NCBI GenBank assembly: GCA_964016885.1
Contig: OZ024741.1
Coordinates: forward strand, 402,690,001-402,754,000
DNA length: 64,000 nt
Direction: 5' to 3'
DNA from: Eledone cirrhosa
Lineage: Eukaryota
The notes beneath the pieces are model-generated. The model was not told the origin of the DNA. It saw only the letters and a list, made by a program, of their open reading frames with translations, and did no database searches. How positions within the stretch are numbered: position 1 is the first letter of the stretch; each line of letters starts with the position of its first letter. Positions 24,001 to 39,000 of the stretch are shown here, piece by piece. Position numbers and translations under genes: made by a program.

Positions 24001-27000
24001 AATAAAATAAAATACCAGTAACCTCTTCCTTTCATCTCTACGGGGTCAATAAAATAAAATACCAGTAACCTCTTCCCTTCATTCTTACGGGGTCAATAAA
24101 ATAAAATACCAGTAACCTCTTCCTTTCATTCTTACGGGGTCAATAAAATAAAATACCAGTAACCTCTTCCTTTCATTCTTACGGGGTCAATAAAATAAAA
24201 TACCAGTAACCTCTTCCCTTCATTCTTACGGGGTCAATAAAATAAATTACCAGTAACCTCTTCCTTTCATCTTAACGGGTTCAATAAAATAAATTACCAG
24301 TAACCTCTTCCTTTCATCTTAACGGGCTCAATAAAATAAAATACCAGTAACCTCTCCCTTTCACCCTTACTGGGTCAATAAAATAAAATAACATTAACCT
24401 CTTCCTTTCATTCTTACGGGGTCAATAAAATACCAGTAACCTTTTCCTTTCATCCCTACGGGGTCAGTAAAATAAAATACCAGTAACGTCTTCTTTTCAT
24501 CCTTACGGGGTCAATAAAATAAAATACCAGTAACCTCTTCCTTTCATCTTAACAGGGTCAATAAAATAAAATACCAGTAACCTCTTCCTTTCATCCTTAC
24601 AGGGTCAATAAAATAAAATACCAGTAACCTCTTCCTTTCACCCTTACGGGGTCAATAAGATAACTTACCAGTAACCTCTTTCTTTCATCCTTACGGGGTC
24701 AATAAAATAAAATACCAGTAACCTTTTCCTTTCATTCTTACGGGGTCAATAAAATACCAGTAACCTTTTCCTTTCATCCTAACAGGGTCAATAAAATAAA
24801 ATACCAGTAACCTCTTCCTATCATCCTTAGAGGGTCAATAAAATAAAATAACAGTAACCTCTTCCTTTCATCTTTACGGAGTCAATAAAATAAAATACCA
24901 GTAACCTCTTCCTTTCATCCTTACAGGGTCAATAAAATAAAATACCAGTAACCTCTTCCTTTCATGCTTACTGGGTCAATAAAATAAAATACCAGTAAAC
25001 TCTTCCTTTTATCTTTACGGGGTCAATAAAATAAAATGCCAGTAACCTCTTCATTTCATTCCTACGGGGTCAATAAAATACCAGTAACCTCTTCCTTTCA
25101 TCCTTACAGGGTCAACAAAATAAAATACCAGTAACCTCTTCCTTTCATCCTTACGGGGTCAATAAAATTAAATACCAGTAACCTCTTCCTTTCATTCTTA
25201 GGGGCTAAAAAAAATAAAATACCAGTAACCTTTTCCTTTCATCTTTACGGGGTCAATAAAATAAAATACCAGTAACCTCTTCCTTTCTACCTTACGGGGT
25301 CAATAAAATAAAATACCAGTAACCTCTTCCTTTCTACCTTACGGGGTCAATAAAATAAAATACCAGTAACCTCTTCCTTTCATCCTTACGGGGTCAATAA
25401 AATAAAATACCAGTAACCTCTTCCTTTCATCCTTACGGGGTCAATAAAATAAAATACCAGTAACCTCTTCCTTTCATCCTTACGGGGTCAATAAAATAAA
25501 ATACCAGTAACCTCTTCCTTTCATCTTTATGGGGTCAATAAAATAAAATACCAGTAACCTCTTCCTTTCATCTTTACGGAGTCAATAAAATAAAATACCA
25601 GTAACGTCTTCTTTTCATCCTTACGGGGTCAATAAAATAAAATACCAGTAACCTCTTCCTTTCATCTTAACGGGGTCAATAAAATAAAATACCAGTAACC
25701 TCTTCCTTTCATCCTTACAGGGTCAATAAAATAAAATACCAGTAACCTCTTCCTTTCACCCTTACGGGGTCAATAAGATAACTTACCAGTAACCTCTTTC
25801 TTTCATCCTTACGGGGTCAATAAAATAAAATACCAGTAACCTCTTCCTTTCATCCTTACGGGGTCAATAAAATAAAATACCAGTAACCTCTTCCTTTCAT
25901 CCTTACGGGGTCAATAAAATAAAATACCAGTAACCTCTTCCTTTCATCTTTACGGAGTCAATAAAATAAAATACCAGTAACGTCTTCTTTTCATCCTTAC
26001 GGGGTCAATAAAATAAAATACCAGTAACCTCTTCCTTTCATCTTAACGGGGTCAATAAAATAAAATACCTGTAACCTCTTCCTTTCATCCTTACAGGGTC
26101 AATAAAATAAAATACCAGTAACCTCTTCCTTTCACCCTTACGGGGTCAATAAGATAACTTACCAGTAACCTCTTTCTTTCATCCTTACGGGGTCAATAAA
26201 ATAAAATACCAGTAACCTTTTCCTTTCATTCTTACGGGGTCAATAAAATACCAGTAACCTTTTCCTTTCATCCTTACGGGGTCAATAAAATAAAATACCA
26301 GTAACCTCTTCCTTTCATTCCTACGGGGTCAATAAAATAAATTACCAGTAACCTCTTCCTTTCATCTTAACGGGTTCAATAAAATAAAATACCAGTAACC
26401 TCTCCCTTTCACCCTTACGGGGTCAATAAAATAAAATACCAGTAACCTCTTCCTTTCATTCTTACGGAGTCAATAAAATACCAGTAACCTCTTTCTTTCA
26501 TCCTTACAGGGTCAATAAAATAAAATACCAGTAACCTATTCCTTTCATCCTTACAGGGTCAATTTAATAAAATACTAGTAACCTCTTCCTTTCATCCTTA
26601 CAGGGTCAACAAAATAAAATACCAGTAACCTCTTCCTTTCATCCTTACAGGGTCAACAAAATTAAATACCAGTAACCATTTCCTTTCATTCTCAGGCGCT
26701 CAAAAAAATAAAATACCAGTAACCTCTTCCTTTCATCTTTACGGGGTCAATAAAATAAAATACCAGTAACCTCTTCCTTTCTACCTTACGGGGTCAATAA
26801 AATAAAATACCAGTAACCTCTTCCTTTCATCCTTACGGGGTCAATAAAATAAAATACCAGTAACCTCTTCCTTTCATCCTTACGGGGTCAATAATATAAA
26901 ATACCAGTAACCTTTTCCTTTCATCTTTACGGGGTCAATAAAATAAAATACCAGTAACCTCTTCCTTTCTACCTTACGGGGTCAATAAAATAAAATACCA

Positions 27001-30000
27001 GTAACCTCTTCCTTTCATCCTTACGGGGTCAATAAAATAAAATACCAGTAACCTCTTCCTTTCATCCTTACGGGGTCAATAAAATAAAATACCAGTAACC
27101 TCTTCCTTTCATCCTTACGGGGTCAATAAAATAAAATACCAGTAACCTCTTCCTTTCATCTTTATGGGGTCAATAAAATAAAATACCAGTAACCTCTTCC
27201 TTTCATCTTTACGGAGTCAATAAAATAAAATACCAGTAACGTCTTCTTTTCATCCTTACGGGGTCAATAAAATAAAATACCAGTAACCTCTTCCTTTCAT
27301 CTTAACGGGGTCAATAAAATAAAATACCAGTAACCTCTTCCTTTCATCCTTACAGGGTCAATAAAATAAAATACCAGTAACCTCTTCCTTTCACCCTTAC
27401 GGGGTCAATAAGATAACTTACCAGTAACCTCTTTCTTTCATCCTTACGGGGTCAATAAAATAAAATACCAGTAACCTCTTCCTTTGATCCTTACGGGGTC
27501 AATAAAATAAAATACCAGTAACCTCTTCCTTTCATCCTTACGGGGTCAATAAAATAAAATACCAGTAACCTCTTCCTTTCATCTTTACGGAGTCAATAAA
27601 ATAAAATACCAGTAACGTCTTCTTTTCATCCTTACGGGGTCAATAAAATAAAATACCAGTAACCTCTTCCTTTCATCTTAACGGGGTCAATAAAATAAAA
27701 TACCTGTAACCTCTTCCTTTCATCCTTACAGGGTCAATAAAATAAAATACCAGTAACCTCTTCCTTTCACCCTTACGGGGTCAATAAGATAACTTACCAG
27801 TAACCTCTTTCTTTCATCCTTACGGGGTCAATAAAATAAAATACCAGTAACCTTTTCCTTTCATTCTTACGGGGTCAATAAAATAAAATACCAGTAACCT
27901 TTTCCTTTCATTCTTACGGGGTCAATAAAATACCAGTAACCTTTTCCTTTCATCCTTACGGGGTCAATAAAATAAAATACCAGTAACCTCTTCCTTTCAT
28001 TCCTACGGGGTCAATAAAATAAATTACCAGTAACCTCTTCCTTTCATCTTAACGGGTTCAATATAATAAAATACCAGTAACCTCTTTATTTCATCCTTAC
28101 AGGCTCAATAAAATAAAATACCAGTAACCTCTCCCTTTCACCCTTACGGGGTCAATAAAATAAAATACCAGTAACCTCTTCCTTTTATTCTTACGGAGTC
28201 AATAAAATACCAGTAACCTCTTTCTTTCATCCTTACAGGGTCAATAAAATAAAATACCAGTAACCTATTCCTTTCATCCTTACAGGGTCAATTTAATAAA
28301 ATACTAGTAACCTCTTCCTTTCATCCTTACAGGGTCAACAAAATAAAATACCAGTAACCTCTTCCTTTCATCCTTACAGGGTCAACAAAATTAAATACCA
28401 GTAACCACTTCCTTTCATTCTCAGGCGCTCAAAAAAATAAAATACCAGTAACCTCTTCCTTTCATCTTTACGGGGTCAATAAAATAAAATACCAGTAACC
28501 TCTTCCTTTCTACCTTACGGGGTCAATAAAATAAAATACCAGTAACCTCTTCCGTTCATCCTTACGGGGTCAATAAAATAAAATACCAGTAACCTCTTCC
28601 TTTCATCCTTACGGGGTCAATAATATAAAATACCAGTAACCTCTTCCTTTCTACCTTACGGGGTCAATAAAATAAAATACCAGTAACCTCTTCCTTTCTA
28701 CCTTACGGGGTCAATAAAATAAAATACCAGTAACCTCTTCCTTTCTACCTTACGGGTTCAAGAAAATAAAATACCAGTAACCTCTTCCTTTCTACCTTAC
28801 GGGGTCAATAAAATAAAATACCAGTAACCTCTTCCTTTCTACCTTACGGGGTCAATAAAATAAAATACCAGTAACCTCTTCCTTTCATCTTTACGGAGTC
28901 AATAAAATAAAATACCAGTAACGTCTTCTTTTCATCCTTACGGGGTCAAAAAAATAAAATACCAGTAACCTCTTCCTTTCACCCTTACGGGGTCAATAAG
29001 ATAACTTACCAGTAACCTCTTTCTTTCATCCTTACGGGGTCAATAAAATAAAATACCAGTAACCTTTTACTTTCATTCTTACGGGGTCAATAAAATACCA
29101 GTAACCTTTTCCTTTCATCCTTACAGGGTCAATAAAATAAAATACCAGTTTACCTCTTCCTTTCATCTTTACAGGGTCAATAAAATAAAATACCAGTAAC
29201 CTCTTCCTTTCATCTTTACGGAGTCAATAAAATAAAATACCAGTAACCTCTTCCTTTCATCCTTACAGGGTCAATAAAATAAATACCAGTAACCTCTTCC
29301 TTTCATGCTTACAGGGTCAATAAAATAAAATACCAGTAACATCTTCCTTTCATCCTTTCAGGGTCAATAAAATAAAATACCAGTAACCTCTTCCTTTCAT
29401 CCTTACGGGGTCAATAAAATAAAATACCAGTAAACTCTTCCTTTCATCCTTACAGGGTCAATAAAATAAAATACCAGTAACCTCTTCCCTTCATTCTTAC
29501 GGGGTCAATAAAATAAAATACCACTAACCTCTTCCTTTCATTCTTACGGGGTCAATAAAATAAAATACCAGTAACCTCTTCCTTTCATCTTTACGGGGTC
29601 AATAAAATAAAATACCAGTAACCTCTTCCTTTCATTCTTACGGGGTCAATAAAATAAAATACCAGTAACCTCTTCCTTTCATCCTTACTGGGTCAATAAA
29701 ATAAAATGCCAGTAACCTCTTCCTTTCAAATTCATGGGGTCAATAAAATAAATTACCAGTAACCTCTTCCTTTCATCCTTACTGGGTCAATAAAATAAAA
29801 TGCCAGTAACCTCTTCCTTTCATACTTACGGGGTCAATAAAATAAAATACCAGTAACCTCTTCCTTTCAAATTTATGGGGTCAATAAAATAAAATACTAG
29901 TAACCTCTTCCTTTCAAATTTATGGGGTCAATAAAATAAAATACCAGTAACCTCTTCCTTTCATACTTACAGGGTCAATAAAATAAAATACCAGTAACCT

Positions 30001-33000
30001 CTTCCTTTCATACTTACGGGGTCAATAAAATAAAATAACAGTAACCTCTTCCTTTCATCTTTACGGGGTCAATAAAATAAAATACCAGTAACCTCTTCCA
30101 TTTATACTTACGGGGTCAATAAAATAAAATACCAGTAACCTCTTCCTTTCATCCTTACTGGGTCAATAAAATAAAATGCCAGTAACCTCTTCCTTTCATC
30201 TTCACGGGGGTCAATAAAATAAAATACCAGTAACCTCTTCCTTTCATACTTACGGGGTCAATAAAATAAAATACCAGTAACCTCTTCCTTTCATTCTTAC
30301 GGGGTCAATAAAATAACATACCAGTAACCTCTTCCTTTCAACTTTACGGGGTCAATAAAATAAAATACCAGTAACCTCTTCCTTTCACCCTTACGGGGTC
30401 AATAAAATAAAATACCAGTAACCTCTTCCTTTCACCCTTACGGGGTGAATAAAATAAAATACCGGTAACCTCTTCCTTTCATCTTTACGGGGTCAATAAA
30501 ATACAATACCAGTAACCTCTTCCTTTCACCCTTACGAGGTCAATAAAATAAAATACCAGTAACCTCTTCCTTTCATCCTTACTGGGTCAATAAAATAAAA
30601 TACCAGTAACCTCTTCCTTTCATCTTTACGGGGTCAAAAAAATACAATACCAGTAACCTCTTCCTTTCACCCTTATGGGGTCAATAAAATACCAGTAACC
30701 TCTTCCTTTCATCTTTACGGGGTCAATAAAATAAAATACCAGTAACCTCTTCCTTTCACCCTTACGGGGTCAATAAAATAAAATACCAGTAACCTCTTCC
30801 TTTAACCCTTACGGGGTCAATAAAATAGAATACCAGTAACCTCCTCCTTTCATCCTTACAGGGTCAATAAAATAAAATACCAGTAACCTCCTCCTTTCAA
30901 CTTTACAGGGTCAATAAAATACCAGTAACCTCTTCCTTTCATCCTTACAGGGTCAATAAAATAAAATACCAGTAACCTCCTCCTTTCAACCTTACAGGGT
31001 CAATAAAATACCAGTAACCTCTTCCTTTCATCCTTACAGTGTCAATAAAATAAAATACCAGTAACCACTTCCTTTCATCATTACAGTGTCAATAAAATAA
31101 CTTACCAGTAACCTCTTCCTTTCATCTTTACGGGGTCAATAAAATTAAATACCAGTAACCTCTTCCTTTCATCCTTGCAGGGTCAATAAAATAACTTACC
31201 AGTAACCTCTTCCTTTCATCTTTACGGGGTCAATAAAATAAAATACCAGTAACCTCTTCCTTTCATCTTTACGGGGTCAATAAAATAAAATACCAGTAAC
31301 CTCTTCCTTTCATCTTTATGGGGTCAATAAAATAAAATACCAGTAACCTCTTCCTTTCATCTTTATGGGGTCAATAAAATAAAATACCAGTAACCTCTTC
31401 CTTTCATCCTTACAGGGTCAATAAAATAAAATACCAGTAACCTCTTCCTTTCATCTTTATGGGGTCAATAAAATAAAATACCAGTAACCTCTTCCTTTCA
31501 TCCTTACAGGGTCAATAAAATAAAATACCAGTAACCTCTTACTTTCATTCTTACGGGGTCAATAAAATAATATACCAGTAACCTCTTCCTTTCATTCTTA
31601 CGGGGTCAATAAAATAACATACCAGTAACCTCTTCCTTTCATCTTTACGGGGTCAATAAAATAAAATACCAGTAACCTCTTCCTTTCATCTTTATGGGGT
31701 CAATAAAATAAAATACCAGTAACCTCTTCCTTTCATCTTTATGGGGTCAATAAAATAAAATACCAGTAACCTCTTCCTTTCATCTTTATGGGGTCAATAA
31801 AATAAAATACCAGTAACCTCTTCCTTTCATCCTTACAGGGTCAATAAAATAAAATACCAGTAACCTCTTCCTTTCATTCTTACGGGGTCAATAAAATAAA
31901 ATACCAGTAACCTCTTCCTTTCATTCTTACGGGGTCAATAAAATAACATACCAGTAACCTCTTCCTTTCATCTTTACGGGGTCAATAAAATAAAATACCA
32001 GTAACCTCTTCCTTTCATCTTTACGGGGTCAATAAAATAAAATACCAGTAACCTCTTCCTTTCATCTTCACGGGGTCAATAAAATAAAATACCAGTGACC
32101 TCTTCCTTTCACCCTTACGGGGTCAATAAAATAAAATACCAGTAACCTCTTCCTTTCATTTTTACGGGGTCAACAAAATACCAGTAACCTCTTCCTTTCA
32201 TCTTTACGGGGTCAATAAAATAAAATACCAGTAACCTCTTCCTTTCACCCTTACGGGGTCGATAAAATAACATACCAGTAACCTCTTCCTTTCATCTATA
32301 CGGGGTCAATAATATAAAATACCAGTAACCTCTTCCTTTCAAATTTATGAGGTCAATAAAATAAATTACCAGTGACCTCTTCCCTTCATTCTTACGGGGT
32401 CAATAAAATAATATACCAGTAACCTCTTCCTTTCATCTTTACGGGGTCAATAAAATAAAATACCAGTAACCTCTTCCTTTCATTCTTACGGGGTCAATAA
32501 CATAACATACCAGTAACCTCTTCCTTTCAACTTTATGGGTTCAACAAAATAAATTACCAGTAACCTCTTCCTTTCATCTTAACGGGTTCAATAAAATAAA
32601 ATACCAGTAACCTCTTTATTTCATCCTTACAGGCTCAATAAAATAAAATACCAGTAACCTCTCCCTTTCACCCTTACGGGGTCAATAAAATAAAGTACCA
32701 GTAACCTCTTTTTTCATCCTTACGGGGTCAATAAAATAAAATACCAGTAACCTCTTCCCTTCATTTTTACGGGGTCAATAAAATAAAATACCAGTAACCT
32801 CTTCCTTTCATCTTTACGGGGTCAATAAAATAACATACCAGTAACCTCTTCCTTTCAAATTTATGGGGTCAATAAAATAAATTACCTGTAACCTCTTCAT
32901 TTCCTCTTAATGGGGTCAATAAAATAAAATACCAGTAACCTCTTCCTTTCATCCTTACAGGGGTCAATAAAATAAAATACCAGTAACCTCTTCCTTTCAT

Positions 33001-36000
33001 CCTTTCAGGGTCAATAAAATAAAATACCAGTAACCTCTTCCTTTAATCCTTACGGGGTCAATAAAATAAAATACCAGTAACCTCTTCCTTTCATCCTTTC
33101 AGGGTCAATAAAATAAAATACCAGTAACCTCTTCCTTTCATCTTTACGGGGTCAATAAAATAAAATACCAGTAACCTCTTCCTTTCATCCTTTCAGGGTC
33201 AATAAAATAAAATACCAGTAACCTCTTCCTTTCATCCTTACGGGGTCAATAAAATACAATACCAGTAACCTCTTCCTTTCATCCTTACGGGGTCAATAAA
33301 ATACAATACCAGTAACCTCTTCCTTTCATTCTTACGGGGTCAATAAAATAAAATACCAGTAACCTCTTCCTTTCATCCTTACGGGGTCAATAAAATAAAA
33401 TACCAGTAACCTCTTCCTTTCATCCTTACGGGGTCAATAAAATAAAATACCAGTAACCTCTTCCTTTCATCCTTTCAGGGTCAATAAAATAAAATACCAG
33501 TAACCTCCTCCTTTCATCTTTACGGGGTCAATAAAATAAAATACCAGTAACCTCTTCCTTTCATCTTTACGGGGTTAATAAAATAAAATACCAGTAACCT
33601 CTTCCTTTCATCTTTACGGGGTCAATAAAATAAAATACCAGTAACCTCTTCCTTTCATCCTTACGGGGTCAATAAAATACAATACCAGTAACCTCTTCCT
33701 TTCATTCTTACGGGGTCAATAAAATAAAATACCAGTAACCTCTTCCTTTCATCCTTACAGGGTCAATAAAATAAAATACCTGTAACCTCTTCCCTTCATT
33801 CTTATGGGGTCAATAAAATACAATACCAGTAACCTCTTCCTTTCATTCTTACGGGGTCAATAAAATAAAATACCAGTAACCTCTTCCTTTCATCTTTACG
33901 GGGTCAATAAAATAAAATACCAGTAACCTCTTCCTTTCACCCTTACGGGGTCAATAAAATAAAATACCAGTAACCTCTTCATTTGACCCTTACGGGGTCA
34001 ATAAAATAAAATACCAGTAACCCCCTCCTTTCATCCTTACGGGGTCAATAAAATAAAATACCAGTAACCTCCTCCTTTCAACCTTACAGGGTCAATAAAA
34101 TAAAATACCAGTAACCTCCTCCTTTCAACCTTACAGGGTCAATAAAATAATATACCGCTAACCTCTTCCTTTCATCCTTACAGGGTCAATAAAATAAAAT
34201 ACCAGTAACCACTTCCTTTCATCATTACAGGGTCAATAAAATAATATACCAGTAACCTCTTCCTTTCATCTTTACGGGGTCAATAAAATAAAATACCAGT
34301 AACCTCTTCCTTTCATCTTTACAGGGTCAATAAACTAAAATACCAGTAACCTCTTCCTTTCATCTTTATGGGGTCAATAAAATAAAATACCACTAACCAC
34401 TTCCTTTCATCTTTACGGGGTCAATAAAATAAAATACCAGTAACCTCTTCTTTTCATCTTTATGGGGTCAATAAAATAAAATACCAGTAACCTCTTCCTT
34501 TCATCTTTATGGGGTCAATAAAATAAAATACCAGTAACCTCTTCCTTTCATCCTTACAGGGTCAATAAAATAAAATACCAGTAACCTCTTCCTTTCATTC
34601 TTCGGGGTCAATAAAATAAAATACCAGTAACCTCTTCCTTTCATTCTTACGGGGTCAATAAAATAACATACCAGTAACCTCTTCCATTCATCTTTACGGG
34701 GTCAATAAAATAGAATACCAGTAACCTCTTCCTTTCATCTTTACGGGGTCAATAAAATAAAATACCAGTAACCTCTTCCTTTCATCTTTACGGGGTCAAT
34801 AAAATAAAATACCAGTAACCTCTTCCTTTCAATTTTACGGGGTCAACAAAATAAAATACCAGTAAACTTTTCCTTTCATCTTTACGGTGTCAATAAAATA
34901 AAATACAAGTAACCCCTTCCTTTCACCCTTACGGGGTCAGTAAAATAACATACCAGCAACCTCTTCCTTTCATCTTTACGGGGTCAATAAAATAAAATAC
35001 CAGTAACCTCTTCCTTTCACCCTTACGGGGTCAATAAAATAAAATACCAGTAACCTCTTCTTTCATTTTTACGGGGTCAACAAAATACCAGTAACCTCTT
35101 CCTTTCATCTTTACGGGGTCAATAAAATAAAATACCAGTAACCTCTTCCTTTCACCCTTACGGGGTCGATAAAATAACATACCAGTAACCTCTTCCTTTC
35201 ATCTATACGGGGTCAATAATATAATATACCAGTAACCTCTTCCTTTCATCTTTACGGGGTCAATAATATAAAATACCAGTAACCTCTTCCTTTCATCTTT
35301 ACAGGGTCAATAAAATAAAATACCAGTAACCTCTTCCTTTCATCTTTACGGGGTCAACAAAATATAATACCAGTAACCTCTTCCTTTCATCTTTATGGGG
35401 TCAATAAAATAAAATACCAGTAACCTCTTCCTTTCATCCTTACAGGGTCAATAAAATAAAATACCAGTAACCTCTTCCTTTCATCTTTATGGGGTCAATA
35501 AAATAAAATACCAGTAACCTCTTCCTTTCATCCTTACAGGGTCAATAAAATAAAATACCAGTAACCTCTTCCTTTCATTCTTACGGGGTCAACAAAATAA
35601 AATACCAGTAACCTCTTCCTTTCATCTTTATGGGGTCAATAAAATAAAATACCACTAAACTCTTCCTTTCATCTTTACGGGGTCAATAAAATAAAGTACC
35701 AGTAACCTCTTTTTTCATCCTTACGGGGTCAATAAAATAAAATACCAGTAACCTCTTGCTTTCATTCTTACGGGGTCAATAAAAAACCAGTAACCTCTTC
35801 CTTTCTACCTTACGGGGTCAATAAAATAAAATACCAGTAACCTCTTCCTTTCTACCTTACAGGGTCAATACAATAAAATACCAGTAACCTCTTCCTTTCA
35901 CCCTTACGGGGTCAATAAGATAACTTACCAGTAACCTCTTCCTTTCATCCTTACGGGGTCAATAAAATAAAATACCAGTAACCTTTTACTTTCATTCTTA

Positions 36001-39000
36001 CGGGGTCAATAAAATACCAGTAACCTTTTCCTTTCATCCTTACAGGGTCAATAAAATAAAATACCAGTAACCTCTTCCTTTCATCTTTACAGGGTCAATA
36101 AAATAAAATACCAGTAACCTCTTCCTTTCATCTTTACGGAATCAATAAAATAAAATACCAGTAACCTCTTCCTTTCATCCTTACAGGGTCAATAAAATAA
36201 ATACCAGTAACCTCTTCCTTTCATGCTTACTGGGTCAATAAAATAAAATACCAGTAACCTCTTCCTTTCATCTTTACGGGGTCAATAAAATAAAATACCA
36301 GTAACCTCTTCATTTCATCTTAACGGGGTCAATAAAATAAAATACCAGTAACCTCTTCCTTTCATCCTTACTGGGTCAATAAAATAAAATACCAGTAACC
36401 TCTTCCTTTCATCCTTACAGGGTCAATAAAATAAAATACCAGTAACCTCTTCCTTTCATCTTAACGGGGTCAATAAAATACCAGTATCCTCTTCCTTTCA
36501 TCCTTACGGGGTCAATAAAATAAAATACCAGTAACCTCTTCCCTTCATTCTTACGGGGTCAATAAAATAAAATACCAGTAACCTCTTCCTTTCATCTTTA
36601 CGGGGTCAATAAAATAACATACCAGTAACCTCTTCCTTTCAAATTTATGGGGTCAATAAAATAAATTACCTGTAACCTCTTCATTTCCTCTTAATGGGGT
36701 CAATAAAATAAAATACCAGTAACCTCTTCCTTTCATCCTTACAGGGGTCAATAAAATAAAATACCAGTAACCTCTTCCTTTCATCCTTTCAGGGTCAATA
36801 AAATAAAATACCAGTAACCTCTTCCTTTCATCCTTACGGGGTCAATAAAATAAAATACCAGTAACCTCTTCCTTTCATCCTTTCAGGGTCAATAAAATAA
36901 AATACCAGTAACCTCTTCCTTTCATCTTTACGGGGTCAATAAAATAAAATACCAGTAACCTCTTCCTTTCATCCTTTCAGGGTCAATAAAATAAAATACC
37001 AGTAACCTCTTCCTTTCATCCTTACGGGGTCAATAAAATACAATACCAGTAACCTCTTCCTTTCATCCTTACGGGGTCAATAAAATACAATACCAGTAAC
37101 CTCTTCCTTTCATTCTTACGGGGTCAATAAAATAAAATACCAGTAACCTCTTCCTTTCATCCTTACGGGGTCAATAAAATAAAATACCAGTAACCTCTTC
37201 CTTTCATCCTTACGGGGTCAATAAAATAAAATACCAGTAACCTCTTCCTTTCATCCTTTCAGGGTCAATAAAATAAAATACCAGTAACCTCCTCCTTTCA
37301 TCTTTACGGGGTCAATAAAATAAAATACCAGTAACCTCTTCCTTTCATCTTTACGGGGTTAATAAAATAAAATACCAGTAAGCTCTTCCTTTCATCTTTA
37401 CGGGGTCAATAAAATAAAATACCAGTAACCTCTTCCTTTCATCCTTACGGGGTCAATAAAATACAATACCAGTAACCTCTTCCTTTCATTCTTACGGGGT
37501 CAATAAAATAAAATACCAGTAACCTCTTCCTTTCATCCTTACAGGGTCAATAAAATAAAATACCTGTAACCTCTTCCCTTCATTCTTATGGGGTCAATAA
37601 AATACAATACCAGTAACCTCTTCCTTTCATTCTTACGGGGTCAATAAAATAAAATACCAGTAACCTCTTCCTTTCATCTTTACGGGGTCAATAAAATAAA
37701 ATACCAGTAACCTCTTCCTTTCACCCTTACGGGGTCAATAAAATAAAATACCAGTAACCTCTTCATTTGACCCTTACGGGGTCAATAAAATAAAATACCA
37801 GTAACCCCCTCCTTTCATCCTTACGGGGTCAATAAAATAAAATACCAGTAACCTCCTCCTTTCAACCTTACAGGGTCAATAAAATAAAATACCAGTAACC
37901 TCCTCCTTTCAACCTTACAGGGTCAATAAAATAATATACCAGTAACCTCATCCTTTCATCCTTACAGGGTCAATAAAATAAAATACCAGTAACCACTTCC
38001 TTTCATCATTACAGGGTCAATAAAATAATATACCAGTAACCTCTTCCTTTCATCTTTACGGGGTCAATAAAATAAAATACCAGTAACCTCTTCCTTTCAT
38101 CTTTACAGGGTCAATAAACTAAAATACCAGTAACCTCTTCCTTTCATCTTTATGGGGTCAATAAAATAAAATACCACTAACCACTTCCTTTCATCTTTAC
38201 GGGGTCAATAAAATAAAATACCAGTAACCTCTTCTTTTCATCTTTATGGGGTCAATAAAATAAAATACCAGTAACCTCTTCCTTTCATCCTTACAGGGTC
38301 AATAAAATAAAATACCAGTAACCTCTTCCTTTCATTCTTACGGGGTCAATAAAATAAAATACCAGTAACCTCTTCCTTTCATTCTTACGGGGTCAATAAA
38401 ATAACATACCAGTAACCTCTTCCTTTCATCTTTACGGGGTCAATAAAATAAAATACCAGTAACCTCTTCCTTTCATCTTTACGGGGTCAATAAAATAAAA
38501 TACCAGTAACCTCTTCCTTTCATCTTTACGGGGTCAATAAAATAAAATACCAGTGACCTCTTCCTTTCACCCTTACGGGGTCAATAAAATAAAATACCAG
38601 TAACCTCTTCCTTTCATTTTTACGGGGTCAACAAAATAAAATACCAGTAAACTTTTCCTTTCATCTTTACGGGGTCAATAAAATAAAATACAAGTAACCC
38701 CTTCCTTTCACCCTTACGGGGTCAGTAAAATAACATACCAGCAACCTCTTCCTTTCATCTTTACGGGGTCAATAAAATAAAATACCAGTAACCTCTTCCT
38801 TTCACCCTTACGGGGTCAATAAAATAAAATACCAGTAACCTCTTCTTTCATTTTTACGGGGTCAACAAAATACCAGTAACCTCTTCCTTTCATCTTTACG
38901 GGGTCAATAAAATAAAATACCAGTAACCTCTTCCTTTCACCCTTACGGGGTCGATAAAATAACATACCAGTAACCTCTTCCTTTCATCTATACGGGGTCA